Positions 28,238 to 38,022 of a stretch of DNA of 53,106 nt are shown piece by piece (position 1 is the stretch's first letter; every line of letters starts with the position of its first letter). The stretch is from assembly GCA_047624885.1 (NCBI GenBank), contig JBLHQF010000001.1, forward strand, positions 1 to 53,106, written 5' to 3'. The translations under genes and the position numbers were made by a program. The notes under the pieces are model-generated. The model saw only the letters and a program-made list of their open reading frames with translations. It searched no databases and was not told the origin of the DNA. This DNA comes from Cryomorphaceae bacterium (lineage in GTDB: Bacteria > Verrucomicrobiota > Verrucomicrobiia > Verrucomicrobiales > Akkermansiaceae).

Positions 28238-30985
28238 TTAGCGTTCTTGTTTCCTCAGAGCCATGGCTGACAGCGCTGTCAGCACAGGAATAAATAGGGC
28301 GAGAGCGATCAGGTCGGTTTTAAGATCTGGGAAATGCAGCGATTTCGCGAACGCTCCTACGCTGAGATGCATGTAGTAGGTGGTTGGCCAGAAGTTGCCG
28401 ATGAGTTTCGCGCCGCCTTCTAAGGTTGAGACTGGCTGAAGGAGTCCGGAGAAGTGAATGGTAGGTAAGATAGTGAGTATCGCTGTGCCGAAAACGGCCG
28501 TCACTTGGCTGGAGGTGAAGGTCGAGATCAATAGACCGATTCCGGTGGTCGCTGTGACGTAGAGGAGAGTACCGAAGGCGAGCGCGAAGGCATCGCCTCG
28601 GATCGGAACTTTAAATATGAAGATGGCGATCAAGATCAATGCGGTAAAATTCACCATCGCCATCGCGATATGGGGCAATTGTTTGCCGATGATGAACTCG
28701 AGGCGCTTACTCGGCGTCACGTAGAAATTAGTGATCGTCCCGAGCTCCTTTTCCCTAACAACGCTCAAAGCCATGAGGATGGCCGGGATCAGTATCAGTA
28801 GCACCGCCGGGATGGCGGGAGCCATGGCGTTGATACTCTTGAAGCTCTGATTGTAACGATAACGAGGTTCTATCTTGGCTGGCAGATAGTGCGGGACTTC
28901 GCCGAGCTGCTGCCGTGCCAGGCTTTCCAAATAATTGAGATGCATACCCAGCACGTAACCTTTAATTGTCTCGCCACGGAATGGGGCCGAACCATCTACC
29001 CAGGCGGAAACCTCGGGCCGCTGACCGCTCTTGAGGTCTTTGCCGAAATGCGGGGGGATCTCGTAGCCTACAGAGATATCGTTCGCCATCATCCGTGATT
29101 GCAATTCGTCTGAACTGGTAATTTCCGGTTGCTCGACGAAGTAGCCGGAGCTGGAAAGGCTCTGCCGATAAGCGCGGCTTTCTGGCGTCTGATCTAGGTC
29201 GAGAACCGCGTAGCGAAGATCATCTACATCGGAGGTGATGCCATATCCAAAGAGTAGCATGAGTAAGGCGGAGCCTATCAGCGCAAAGGCGAGCCTAACA
29301 GGGTCACGCAAGAGCTCCAAGGTCTCGCGATAGCTGTAAGCAAGTAACCTAGGAAGACTGAAGAAGGACGACCGAGCCGATCCAGAACTCTTTTCAATCA
29401 TGGCTATCGATTCTTGGGTAACGTCTGAATTAACCGGAGGCTCTCCGATCGCTTCTTCGATGAAGCCAATGAACGCTTCTTCGAGGTTCGGGGCTCCGCG
29501 TTGTTCTTGTAATGCTGAGGGCTTGTCACAGGCTAGCAATTTGCCCGCATGCATCAGCGAGATCCGATCGCACCGTATGGCCTCATTCATGAAATGCGTC
29601 GAGATGAAAATGGTCACCTTGTCATTGCGTGAGAGATCAATGAGGAGCTGCCAGAATACATCGCGCGCTACCGGGTCGACCCCGGAGGTGGGTTCGTCAA
29701 GGATGAGCATCTCCGGCTTGTGGATGATCGCTACGGCCAGTGAGAGACGTTGGCGCACGCCGAGCGGCAGCTTCCCAGACAGCCGGTCGGCACACTCTTT
29801 TAGATCGAACTGATCAAGTAATTCCGCCACCCGTGAGACGGTAAACTCCTTTGTGAAATCAAACAGCCGTGCGTGGAGAACCAAGTTCTGCCGGACGGTT
29901 AGTTCAGAATAGAGTGAGAAGGCTTGGGACATGTAGCCTACGCGGTTGCGTGCCTTGAGATTGTCCGCCTTCACCACATTGCCAAACAATTCAGCCGTTC
30001 CCTCAGAGGCGGGAAGTAGCCCGGTCAGCATCTTCATCGTCGTGGTCTTGCCGCAACCATTAGAACCGAGAAATCCAAATATTTCGCCTCGACCGATTTC
30101 AAAACTCACATCATCAACTGCCGTAAACGTTCCGAACATCCTGGTAAGATTTTTTGCCACAATGACAGGACTGCTATCAATCTCAGCGCGCGGCGGGATT
30201 GTCAATTTTCCAGCGTGTTCCTTGTCACTGCCGGGTAGCAAGTTGACGAAAGCTTCTTCTAGATCCTCAGCGCCAGTTTGATCCTTGAGTTCCTCGGGTG
30301 TGCCGGTGGCGATAATTTTCCCTGAGTCCATCGCAGCGAGCCAGTCGAAACGTTCCGCCTCATCCATGTAGGCGGTCGAGACAAGAACGCTCATCTCTGG
30401 ACGCTCGGCGCGAATCGAATCAATGAGATCCCAGAACTGTCGCCTGGAGAGTGGATCGACACCCGTGGTCGGCTCGTCTAAAATGAGTAGGTCAGGATCA
30501 TGGATCAGAGCGCAACAGAGTCCCAGCTTCTGCTTCATGCCTCCAGAGAGTTTCCCAGCTGGGCGATCTGGAAATGGATCTAAACCGGTAGCGGTCAAAA
30601 GTCTGGCAATACGCTTGTGGCGTTCACTCGTTGACTGCTCGAACAGGCGACCAAAGAAATCTAGATTCTCGGAGACGCTGAGTTCGGCATAGAGGTTCTT
30701 CCCCAGCCCCTGCGGCATGTAGGCTATGCGAGGGCAGACGTGCTCGCGGTGGCGGCGATTCCCCATGTCCCCCGCTAACACACTAACCTCCCCTTCTTGG
30801 ATGATCCTAACGCCGGAGATCAATCCCAGCAAAGTCGATTTACCGACGCCATCAGGGCCGATCACACCTGCCATAAGACCTGCAGGAATCGCCAAATTCA
30901 CGTCATCGAGAGCTTTGGTTTTTCCGTAGGAATGCGAGATACCAGTGAGGCTCGCTACTGTCGAGTCAGGTTCCGACATAGCCAC
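28238..30985 (-). CDS. rbbA: Ribosome-associated ATPase / ABC transporter RbbA (2 NBD + permease)
   Basis: GPDGVGKS, YMPQGLGKNLY, GSNGCGKTTTMKMLTGL, C-terminal REKELGTITNFYVTP. Confidence 0.92.
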   Translation of the reverse strand: MAMSEPDSTVASLTGISHSYGKTKALDDVNLAIPAGLMAGVIGPDGVGKSTLLGLISGVRIIQEGEVSVLAGDMGNRRHREHVCPRIAYMPQGLGKNLYAELSVSENLDFFGRLFEQSTSERHKRIARLLTATGLDPFPDRPAGKLSGGMKQKLGLCCALIHDPDLLILDEPTTGVDPLSRRQFWDLIDSIRAERPEMSVLVSTAYMDEAERFDWLAAMDSGKIIATGTPEELKDQTGAEDLEEAFVNLLPGSDKEHAGKLTIPPRAEIDSSPVIVAKNLTRMFGTFTAVDDVSFEIGRGEIFGFLGSNGCGKTTTMKMLTGLLPASEGTAELFGNVVKADNLKARNRVGYMSQAFSLYSELTVRQNLVLHARLFDFTKEFTVSRVAELLDQFDLKECADRLSGKLPLGVRQRLSLAVAIIHKPEMLILDEPTSGVDPVARDVFWQLLIDLSRNDKVTIFISTHFMNEAIRCDRISLMHAGKLLACDKPSALQEQRGAPNLEEAFIGFIEEAIGEPPVNSDVTQESIAMIEKSSGSARSSFFSLPRLLAYSYRETLELLRDPVRLAFALIGSALLMLLFGYGITSDVDDLRYAVLDLDQTPESRAYRQSLSSSGYFVEQPEITSSDELQSRMMANDISVGYEIPPHFGKDLKSGQRPEVSAWVDGSAPFRGETIKGYVLGMHLNYLESLARQQLGEVPHYLPAKIEPRYRYNQSFKSINAMAPAIPAVLLILIPAILMALSVVREKELGTITNFYVTPSKRLEFIIGKQLPHIAMAMVNFTALILIAIFIFKVPIRGDAFALAFGTLLYVTATTGIGLLISTFTSSQVTAVFGTAILTILPTIHFSGLLQPVSTLEGGAKLIGNFWPTTYYMHLSVGAFAKSLHFPDLKTDLIALALFIPVLTALSAMALRKQER

Positions 30986-32028
30986 TATTGAGGATCACCC
31001 GGATATCGTTTCTCCAGATTCGCTGGCCACACTACAGTATCATCAAGTCTGATATAACCAATTCCGCGAACCCCAGTTTTTACTTTCTTAATGTGGCGAA
31101 GCACCAGTTCATGAGGAATGCGGATCTTCACCCGGAACATTAGCTTCTGGCGTTCGCTTAGGGTCTCCACCTGCTTCGGAGTGAACTGCGCTTCAGGAGA
31201 GACGAAACTTACCAATGCTGGAATCGCATACTCCGATGAGGCTGCGTCGATGGTGATCCGCGCTTCAGCACCGATGGATATTTTCCCCGCGCTCCCCGAC
31301 GGCAGAAAAACTTCCATATAAACGTCGCTCAGGTCTAGCACCGTGAGCAGTTTTCCTCCTGCGCCGAGAACTTCGCCTTCTTCAGCCAAGCGGTAGAGGA
31401 CGCGCCCTTTGACAGTTGATTTCAGGACGCACTCGTCGAGTTGAGTCTGAACTTGATTCACACCAGCCTTAGCCACATCAACGCTACTCTCAATAGTTTT
31501 AAGGTGTGCTTGGGCTGCCTTCAAGCCAGCTTTTGCAGAATCCCGGCGGCTCTGACGTTGCTCCAAAACACGCTTTGCTAACGAACCTTTCTCGACCAGT
31601 GGCAGGGCGCGGGCTACTTCCTGCTCGGCTAACTTCACCGCGCTCTGCCGCTCCGTAATCACGGCCTTCGCCTCTAGTATCGACTCCTCAGTCGTGGCGA
31701 GTTGGGCTTGCGCCTTCGCAAGTTGTGTTTCCATTTCGGCAGTATCCATCAGGGCGAGCACCTGACCGGGCTCGACCATGTCCCCCTCGATCACGGAGAT
31801 ACTCACGACACGTCCGGGGTATTTCGTCGCGATATCGACTTGATCCGCTTCTATCCTGCCATTTCCATAAACAATGCCGGGTGGAATTCCGGTTTCTTTA
31901 TCTTGATTCCAATACCAGATTCCCCCTGCGGCGATTGCCAGAATAACGACACCCATCGTTACGCGCAGAAATACTCCTCCGAGAGGCTGACTTAGAAGCT
32001 TGGTCTTACTTTTCGTGTTGATTCTCAT
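30985..32028 (-). CDS. HlyD-family membrane fusion protein, YhiI-like
   Basis: GNGRIEA...ATKYPGRV, AQFTPKQVETLSERQKLMFRVK. Confidence 0.9.
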   Translation of the reverse strand: MRINTKSKTKLLSQPLGGVFLRVTMGVVILAIAAGGIWYWNQDKETGIPPGIVYGNGRIEADQVDIATKYPGRVVSISVIEGDMVEPGQVLALMDTAEMETQLAKAQAQLATTEESILEAKAVITERQSAVKLAEQEVARALPLVEKGSLAKRVLEQRQSRRDSAKAGLKAAQAHLKTIESSVDVAKAGVNQVQTQLDECVLKSTVKGRVLYRLAEEGEVLGAGGKLLTVLDLSDVYMEVFLPSGSAGKISIGAEARITIDAASSEYAIPALVSFVSPEAQFTPKQVETLSERQKLMFRVKIRIPHELVLRHIKKVKTGVRGIGYIRLDDTVVWPANLEKRYPGDPQ

Positions 32029-32037
32029 GATTCGTTT

Positions 32038-33456
32038 CTAGTTCCAACCTCCGCCAAGCGCTTTATAGAGCATGATAACATTCGTGGTGACTTGGGCATT
32101 ACTTTGGGTCAATAGATCCTGCGCTCTGAGCAGTGACCGCTCGGCGTCTAGCACGGTCAAGAAACTCGTCTCACCGGCACGATACTGATCGCGGCCGATA
32201 CCGACGAGCCGGGTGGTCGCGGACTCCGCTTTGATCAGTGAATCCCTTCTAAACATTTCCTTTCCGTAGGATACCAAAGCATCCTCAACCTCTCTGAGAG
32301 CAGCAAGGATAGCAGCCTCGTAAGCGACCAGTGCTTGCTCCTGTTTTTGACTCTGGATCGCGATATTCTGCCGGACGCGGCCTGCGCTGAAAATGTTCCA
32401 TTGAACTGACGGACCAACGTTGAACACCCTGCTAGACGAGGTCAGAAAATCATTCGCAGCGAGCGATTCCAAGCCAACGGTTCCGATCAATTTGAGCTTA
32501 GGATAGAGTTCAGCGGTGGCGATACCCACGCGAGCGCACTGTGCCGCGAGTTCACGTTCAGCCCGCTTCACGTCAGGCCGGCGCCGCAGCACCTCAGCGG
32601 GAATCCCAACCGCTATGTTACTTGGCGCGACCGGAATGGGCCTCGATTTGGAAAGCTCCCTGTCCAACGACGCCGGAGGCTCACCTAGCAAAACTGCCAA
32701 GCGATGACGCGCCCGTGAAGCACCGATCTGGAGAGTAGGGATCTGAGAACGTGTGGATTCAAGGTTGGCGCGTGCCTGTTCGAGATCCAGCCGAGAAACT
32801 TCGCCTGCCCTGACGTTGGCCTGCACCAGCTCCAAGGTTTTCACCTGAGCATCGCGATTCGCCTCGGCGACGTCCAGACGCCCTTGGTATGCTCGCACTT
32901 CCACATAATTCAAAGCGACTTCAGCTAAAAGAGTCACCCGGACATCTCCGTAGTCGGCGATCCGCGCTCCGATGTTGGCATCAGCAGCTTCAACCTGGCG
33001 TTGAATACCACCAAAGAGATCCAGCTCCCATCCCGCATCGAACCCTCCTGAATAGACCGTGCCCTTAGGGAAAGGTGTCCGCGCGTTCCTGCTAAACTCA
33101 GAGCGTGTCATATTCCCGGTAGCATTAATAGTCGGGAACCGCGCACTGCCAGCGACACCCCGTCGCGCCCGCGCCTCTAGAAGCCGTGACGACGCTGCAC
33201 GCAGACTCAGATTTCCATCAACGGCACGATTAATGAGGCTCGTGAGTTTGCGATCATCTAATGCCATCCACCAACTGTTCAACGCTCGGCTATCCAGCGA
33301 CCCTCGCGATGATTTCCCGGTCCAGTAAGCGGGGATTTTCGTATCTGGCTTAGAATGGTTTGGGCCAACGATGCAACCTGACACGATAAAAGTAACGGCA
33401 AGAATGAGAGCCGCAGCTTTAGGAACAGTTTTGTTGATGGGTAATTTACACAGCAT
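32038..33456 (-). CDS. Outer-membrane efflux lipoprotein (NodT/OprM family)
   Basis: Lipobox VSGC-IVGP, WELDLFG, LRRRPDVKRAE, LYKALGGGW. Confidence 0.92.
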   Translation of the reverse strand: MLCKLPINKTVPKAAALILAVTFIVSGCIVGPNHSKPDTKIPAYWTGKSSRGSLDSRALNSWWMALDDRKLTSLINRAVDGNLSLRAASSRLLEARARRGVAGSARFPTINATGNMTRSEFSRNARTPFPKGTVYSGGFDAGWELDLFGGIQRQVEAADANIGARIADYGDVRVTLLAEVALNYVEVRAYQGRLDVAEANRDAQVKTLELVQANVRAGEVSRLDLEQARANLESTRSQIPTLQIGASRARHRLAVLLGEPPASLDRELSKSRPIPVAPSNIAVGIPAEVLRRRPDVKRAERELAAQCARVGIATAELYPKLKLIGTVGLESLAANDFLTSSSRVFNVGPSVQWNIFSAGRVRQNIAIQSQKQEQALVAYEAAILAALREVEDALVSYGKEMFRRDSLIKAESATTRLVGIGRDQYRAGETSFLTVLDAERSLLRAQDLLTQSNAQVTTNVIMLYKALGGGWN

Positions 33457-33574
33457 GGCTTTATTTTTTAAGTAACCAGATCACCTACTAAGGTGGATCT
33501 TGAATGCCGAACTATTTGCTAAACAGATTTTCACTCAAGACGGCTAATCTAAGGTGAAAAAGCTAGCTGTGCTA

Positions 33575-33590
33575 TGGGGTAAAACCCTAC
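33575..33590. promoter_or_regulatory. Regulon box 10: TGGGGT-AAAA-CCCTAC, heading the OMF-hlyD-rbbA-permease-DAACS run
   Basis: TAGCAC flank, TAGATT (33546-33551) 23 nt away on - strand. Confidence 0.85.
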
Positions 33591-33632
33591 CGATATGGGA
33601 GCGCGTCAGGCTGTCCGCCGTGCCGTCTGCGC

Positions 33633-35120
33633 CTAAATCTCAGCAGGCTCACTCGCCAATAATCCTGCGGGTAGTGTCACAGTGATGCAGGCCCCTTCTC
33701 CTGCCTTACTCTCCACGATAATGCGGCCTTCCATTATTTCCACCAGACGCTTGACAATAGACAAACCAAGACCAGTGGAGTGTTCGCCAGCCGTTGGTCT
33801 GGCGCTGAGGCGGCCATAGCGGCGGAACATTTTCTTTTGGTCTTCGTCTGTGAATCCGGGACCTTCATCTTGGATGGAGAAGTATGCACATTCCAGCGGG
33901 CCGACGCCGGCGGTGAGCGTCACGCTGCCGCCAGGAGGTGAAAACTTGACGGCATTGGACAACAAGTTATCGAGCACGTTTGGGAGTCCTGCCCTATCCG
34001 CGTATGCAAGAATGGGCTGTTCAGAAATCTTGACCAACAGAGTGATTCGCTTGGCATCGGCGACGATGGCATACCGCTGCAGCGCTTCCTGGAGAATAGC
34101 GCGGATGTCGAGCAGCTCAGGCCGCACCTGAATTTGCTCAGCAGATTGATTGGTGAGGAACTCCTGCACAAACGCAGCCAAGACTTCGGTAGAGCGCAAA
34201 ATATTTACGACGAATGGCACGCAGAGTTCCGGGATCGTATCTAACTGCTTCTCCAGAACTACCGCATTCAAGTTAAGGCTCAAGAGTTCATTCCCCAAGT
34301 CGTGCGTGAGCAGACCTAGCAGTTCGTCCTTGTCCTCTACGAGGTCACGCAACTGTTCAAGCGCACGCTTCAGGGCTAGATGAGTGCCCACGCGGGAGAG
34401 CAGTTCGGCTTTGTTGAAGGGTTTCGTGACGTAATCCGCGCCGCCGCATTCGAGCGCGGCGGCGATGAGATTTTTATCGTCCACAGCAGAGAGGAAAATG
34501 ATAGGAATGTCCGCCCAGCGAGCCTTTGCCTTAAGCTTACTGCAAACTTCAAAGCCGTTCATCCCTGGCATGAGCATATCGAGGAGGATGAGGTCGGCCG
34601 TGCTTGTGGCCAGTAGAGCAAACGCTGCTTCACCGCTGCGCGCGCGAATGACTTCATATCCGGCCATAGTGAGCACGGTACCGATGATCTTTAGATTCTG
34701 CGCTTGATCATCGATGATCAAAACAGTTCCAGATGTTGTGATGCTGACGGTGTCCACTGTATCTAGTTGTGGAGTTGGGGGCACGGGACTTATTTCTTGT
34801 GCTTCTACTTCTACGAGCCCTCTCGCAGTTTTTACTTGATGATTAATAACTTGCATCAAATCATCGGCATTGAGAGGGCTTGGTTGCGGGGCGGAAAATC
34901 TAGACTGTAACGCCTTCACCTTCTCCTCTAACTGAGTAAACTCAGCGCGCATTTCTTTTAGATTTTCAGCCACCTCTGGGTCAGTTCCTAGTTCTTCGAG
35001 CAATTCGGCTTGGAGGTCGATGCTGTTGATCGAGTTCCTCACATCATGCACATGCTGGTGGATGATTCGATGCACACTGGTGGGGTCATCTGTGATGGGG
35101 ATAAAAGCTTTAGGTTTCAT
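33633..35120 (-). CDS. Hybrid receiver-HisKA-HATPase kinase with an extra N-terminal HisKA-like segment
   Basis: VLIIDD...LLDMLMP...VTKPF; LTHDL; NLLSNAVKFS, DEGPG, GLGLSIV; N-terminal HDVRNSIN. Confidence 0.88.
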   Translation of the reverse strand: MKPKAFIPITDDPTSVHRIIHQHVHDVRNSINSIDLQAELLEELGTDPEVAENLKEMRAEFTQLEEKVKALQSRFSAPQPSPLNADDLMQVINHQVKTARGLVEVEAQEISPVPPTPQLDTVDTVSITTSGTVLIIDDQAQNLKIIGTVLTMAGYEVIRARSGEAAFALLATSTADLILLDMLMPGMNGFEVCSKLKAKARWADIPIIFLSAVDDKNLIAAALECGGADYVTKPFNKAELLSRVGTHLALKRALEQLRDLVEDKDELLGLLTHDLGNELLSLNLNAVVLEKQLDTIPELCVPFVVNILRSTEVLAAFVQEFLTNQSAEQIQVRPELLDIRAILQEALQRYAIVADAKRITLLVKISEQPILAYADRAGLPNVLDNLLSNAVKFSPPGGSVTLTAGVGPLECAYFSIQDEGPGFTDEDQKKMFRRYGRLSARPTAGEHSTGLGLSIVKRLVEIMEGRIIVESKAGEGACITVTLPAGLLASEPAEI

Positions 35121-35133
35121 ATTTATAGGTGGT

Positions 35134-37776
35134 TTATGCGGTATCGTGAGAACCGTCGCGGTCTGAGATTTGAGTTAATAATTGTCTGAGTTGATCCAAC
35201 TTCACGGGCTTCACAAGATGGGCGAAAAATCCCGCCACCTTCGAGCGTTGCAGGTCATCCTCCATGCCATAACCGCTCAGAGCGATGGCAGGGACGGGGC
35301 GGATGCTTTGGATCTGAATCATAAGATCTATACCGCTGCCGTCAGGTAGACCGAGGTCGCTGATGACGGCATCAAAGTGTTCCACTTTGTAGGCAACTAG
35401 CGCCTCATGCACGGTGGAGGCGGTGGTAACCAGATAGCCGCTGCGGGTGAGCAAGCGCTCCAGCACGGTGCGAGTGGCTTCATGATCCTCGATGACTAGC
35501 AAGGACAGCGCACGCGAACGCTTGCTGACCGTGGCGTTCTGCTCGCTAGAAGAGGTGGGTGCCGGGACGCTGCCAAGGGTGACGGTAAAGTCCGCACCTT
35601 GCCCAATGCCCGAGCTTTTGGCTTGTATCTCGCCACCATGGGCGGTTACAATGGCACTGGAAATCGCGAGCCCCAGGCCGAGACCACCGTAAAGATGCTC
35701 TCCGTTAGCATCAGCCTGCTCGAAGGCGCTGAAAATTTGCGTCAACGCTTCAGCCCGGATGCCAATGCCATCGTCTGCCACATTGATGATCACCCTGCCT
35801 TCGGCGTCATTGCGCGTGCTCACGGTTATAGTGCCGCCAGTCGGTGTAAATTTTAGCGCGTTATTGATCAGGTTCCAAAAAACCTGCTGGAGCCGAGCGG
35901 GATCGACCATCGCGTGATGCCGCTGGGCTTCGAGCTTGAAGACGGTGCTCACCTGTTTGCCGAAGGTCTCGCTGCGTACGATCTCTGCGGTGTGCTTGAT
36001 GAGCTGGTGAATGTCCGCGTTCATCGGCGAGATCTGTAGCTTGCCGCGGCTGATGCGGGTGAGGTCGAGCAGGTCGTCGATCAGCCGCGCCTCAAGTTCT
36101 ATGTTGCGGCGCATCATTGCTATCTGGCCGCGAACGTCGGCCGACAGCGCAGAGTCATTCTCAAGCGCGGTGGCGGTCATGAGCACAGGCGTGAGCGGTG
36201 TGCGTAACTCGTGACTGAGTGCGGCGAGAAAGTCATCCTTGGCGCGGGAAGCTCGCTCGACTTCCAGCATCGCCACGCTCAGCGCTTCCTCAGCATGTTT
36301 CCGCTCAGTGATATCTTCGATGGCGAGCACGATCAGCAGCGGCTCGCCTACTTCGTTTTCCATGCGCCGGGCGTTGAGCAGCATGGTGCGGCGCCCAATG
36401 GTTTCAAACTCGTGTGTGATTTCGAAATCATTGAAGAAATTATCTTTCGGCAGAATCTCTTCGAGCAGTTCGCGCAGTTTGGGAATATCCCACTGGCGAT
36501 TACCTAGATTATAAATCAAAGAGCCTTCGGTTTCGGCGGGCGCGACCTGAAAATTTTTGTAGAACGCTTCGTTAGCTGTATTTACCCGCAGATCGGCGCG
36601 CAGGACGAGGAGCGGAATGGGCGCGGTGCGCAGCGTCGCTTCAGCATAATCGCGGGCGCGTTTGGTTTCGACCTCGCTTTCGCGCAGCGCTTCTTCCGCT
36701 TGCTTGCGGTCGGTGACGTCTCGGGCAGCAGCAAAGACGCCGAGCACATTACCACTGACATCCTTGTAAACAGAGGCGTTATAAAGAACGTCGGTGAGAC
36801 GACCTTTCTGGTGCCGAATGGTGAGCGGATAGTCGGTGACGAAGCCCTTAGCAAAGACCTGCTGGTAGCCCTCGCGCGCTTTGCCAGGCTCGGTGAAATA
36901 GTCGGAAACGTCGGTGCCGATCAGTTTCTCCCGCGCCACTCCAGTCACCTTGATCAAGCCCTCGTTGACGTCGGTGATCTTGCCTTCGGCGCTGATCATG
37001 ACCAGCGGGTCGAGGCTAGCCTCGATAAGGCTACGGGCATAATGGGAGGCTTGTTTGCTGTCGGTGACGTCGCGAATATTGCATTGGATGACCCGCTGAC
37101 CGCTTTCCTTATAGACATTGGCGACCACTTCTACCTGGCGGCGTTGGCCGGTCTTACTTTCTAGCAGCAAGTCATCGTAACGGACGTAGCCCCCATACTG
37201 CAGCACTGCCACAGCTGCGCGGCACGCGGTCGCGTCCACAAACACACCTATTTCCCACAGTTCCTGACCGAGCACCTCCGTGCGCTCACTACCGAGTACA
37301 TCAAGGATGTAGGGATTGGCTTCGGTAATCCTTCCGGTCTCACCATCGAGAATCAGCACGCCGTCCTTGGTGGCTTCAAAGAGCCGCCGGTAGCGAGGCT
37401 CGGAAGAGCGCAGCGCAGCTTCCACTTGTTTGCGTTCGGTGATGTCGCGGGCGACTGTTGATGCGCCAATAACTTTCCCGGCGTTGTCCTTCACCTTGGA
37501 AAGGGTGACCGAGACATGGATGCGCGTGCCGTCTTTGCGCAGGCGGATAGTTTCGAAATCCCGCACCCTCTCGCCCTGCGCGATGCGCGCCAAAATATCC
37601 GGTTCCTCACCCGCACGCTCCGACGGGATGAGCATCATAATAGGCTGGCCGATAGCTTCCGCAGCAGTGTAGCCAAACAACTTTTCCGCTCCGAGATTCC
37701 AACTACTGATGATGCCCTCCAGCGTCTTGCCAATGATGGCGTCTTTACCGTGCTTGGGAATATTTTTTTTGATCAT
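35134..37776 (-). CDS. Multi-PAS hybrid histidine kinase with C-terminal receiver; N-terminus starts inside a PAS domain
   Basis: Four PAS/PAC-like units (ARDITERK, IRDVTD, ARDVTDRK, IEDITERK), LSHELRTPL, NLINNALKFT, ISDLGLPD. Confidence 0.9.
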   Translation of the reverse strand: MIKKNIPKHGKDAIIGKTLEGIISSWNLGAEKLFGYTAAEAIGQPIMMLIPSERAGEEPDILARIAQGERVRDFETIRLRKDGTRIHVSVTLSKVKDNAGKVIGASTVARDITERKQVEAALRSSEPRYRRLFEATKDGVLILDGETGRITEANPYILDVLGSERTEVLGQELWEIGVFVDATACRAAVAVLQYGGYVRYDDLLLESKTGQRRQVEVVANVYKESGQRVIQCNIRDVTDSKQASHYARSLIEASLDPLVMISAEGKITDVNEGLIKVTGVAREKLIGTDVSDYFTEPGKAREGYQQVFAKGFVTDYPLTIRHQKGRLTDVLYNASVYKDVSGNVLGVFAAARDVTDRKQAEEALRESEVETKRARDYAEATLRTAPIPLLVLRADLRVNTANEAFYKNFQVAPAETEGSLIYNLGNRQWDIPKLRELLEEILPKDNFFNDFEITHEFETIGRRTMLLNARRMENEVGEPLLIVLAIEDITERKHAEEALSVAMLEVERASRAKDDFLAALSHELRTPLTPVLMTATALENDSALSADVRGQIAMMRRNIELEARLIDDLLDLTRISRGKLQISPMNADIHQLIKHTAEIVRSETFGKQVSTVFKLEAQRHHAMVDPARLQQVFWNLINNALKFTPTGGTITVSTRNDAEGRVIINVADDGIGIRAEALTQIFSAFEQADANGEHLYGGLGLGLAISSAIVTAHGGEIQAKSSGIGQGADFTVTLGSVPAPTSSSEQNATVSKRSRALSLLVIEDHEATRTVLERLLTRSGYLVTTASTVHEALVAYKVEHFDAVISDLGLPDGSGIDLMIQIQSIRPVPAIALSGYGMEDDLQRSKVAGFFAHLVKPVKLDQLRQLLTQISDRDGSHDTA

Positions 37777-37859
37777 AAGACTGCGGAAATATCAGCACGG
37801 CACGAATTGCTATACATATTTATTAATCTTTACTCTACACAGAGGGCATTTTTTGTCAA

Positions 37860-37875
37860 TGGGGTGAAACCCTAG
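37860..37875. promoter_or_regulatory. Regulon box 11: TGGGGT-GAAA-CCCTAG
   Basis: On - strand abuts perfect TTGACA (37854-37859), 16 nt, TAGAGT (37832-37837). Confidence 0.87.
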
Positions 37876-38022
37876 TTTTTCCAAATTGACAGCGGTAGAG
37901 TGGCTTTGCCAAAGACAGCGCGCCACGCCATTCACATTATAACTATCTATCCTATCTCCAGAGGGAGTGATAACGGGTGAATCAAAGGAGAAATGGAAAC
38001 ACATGACAGACGAGCCGAGCTA

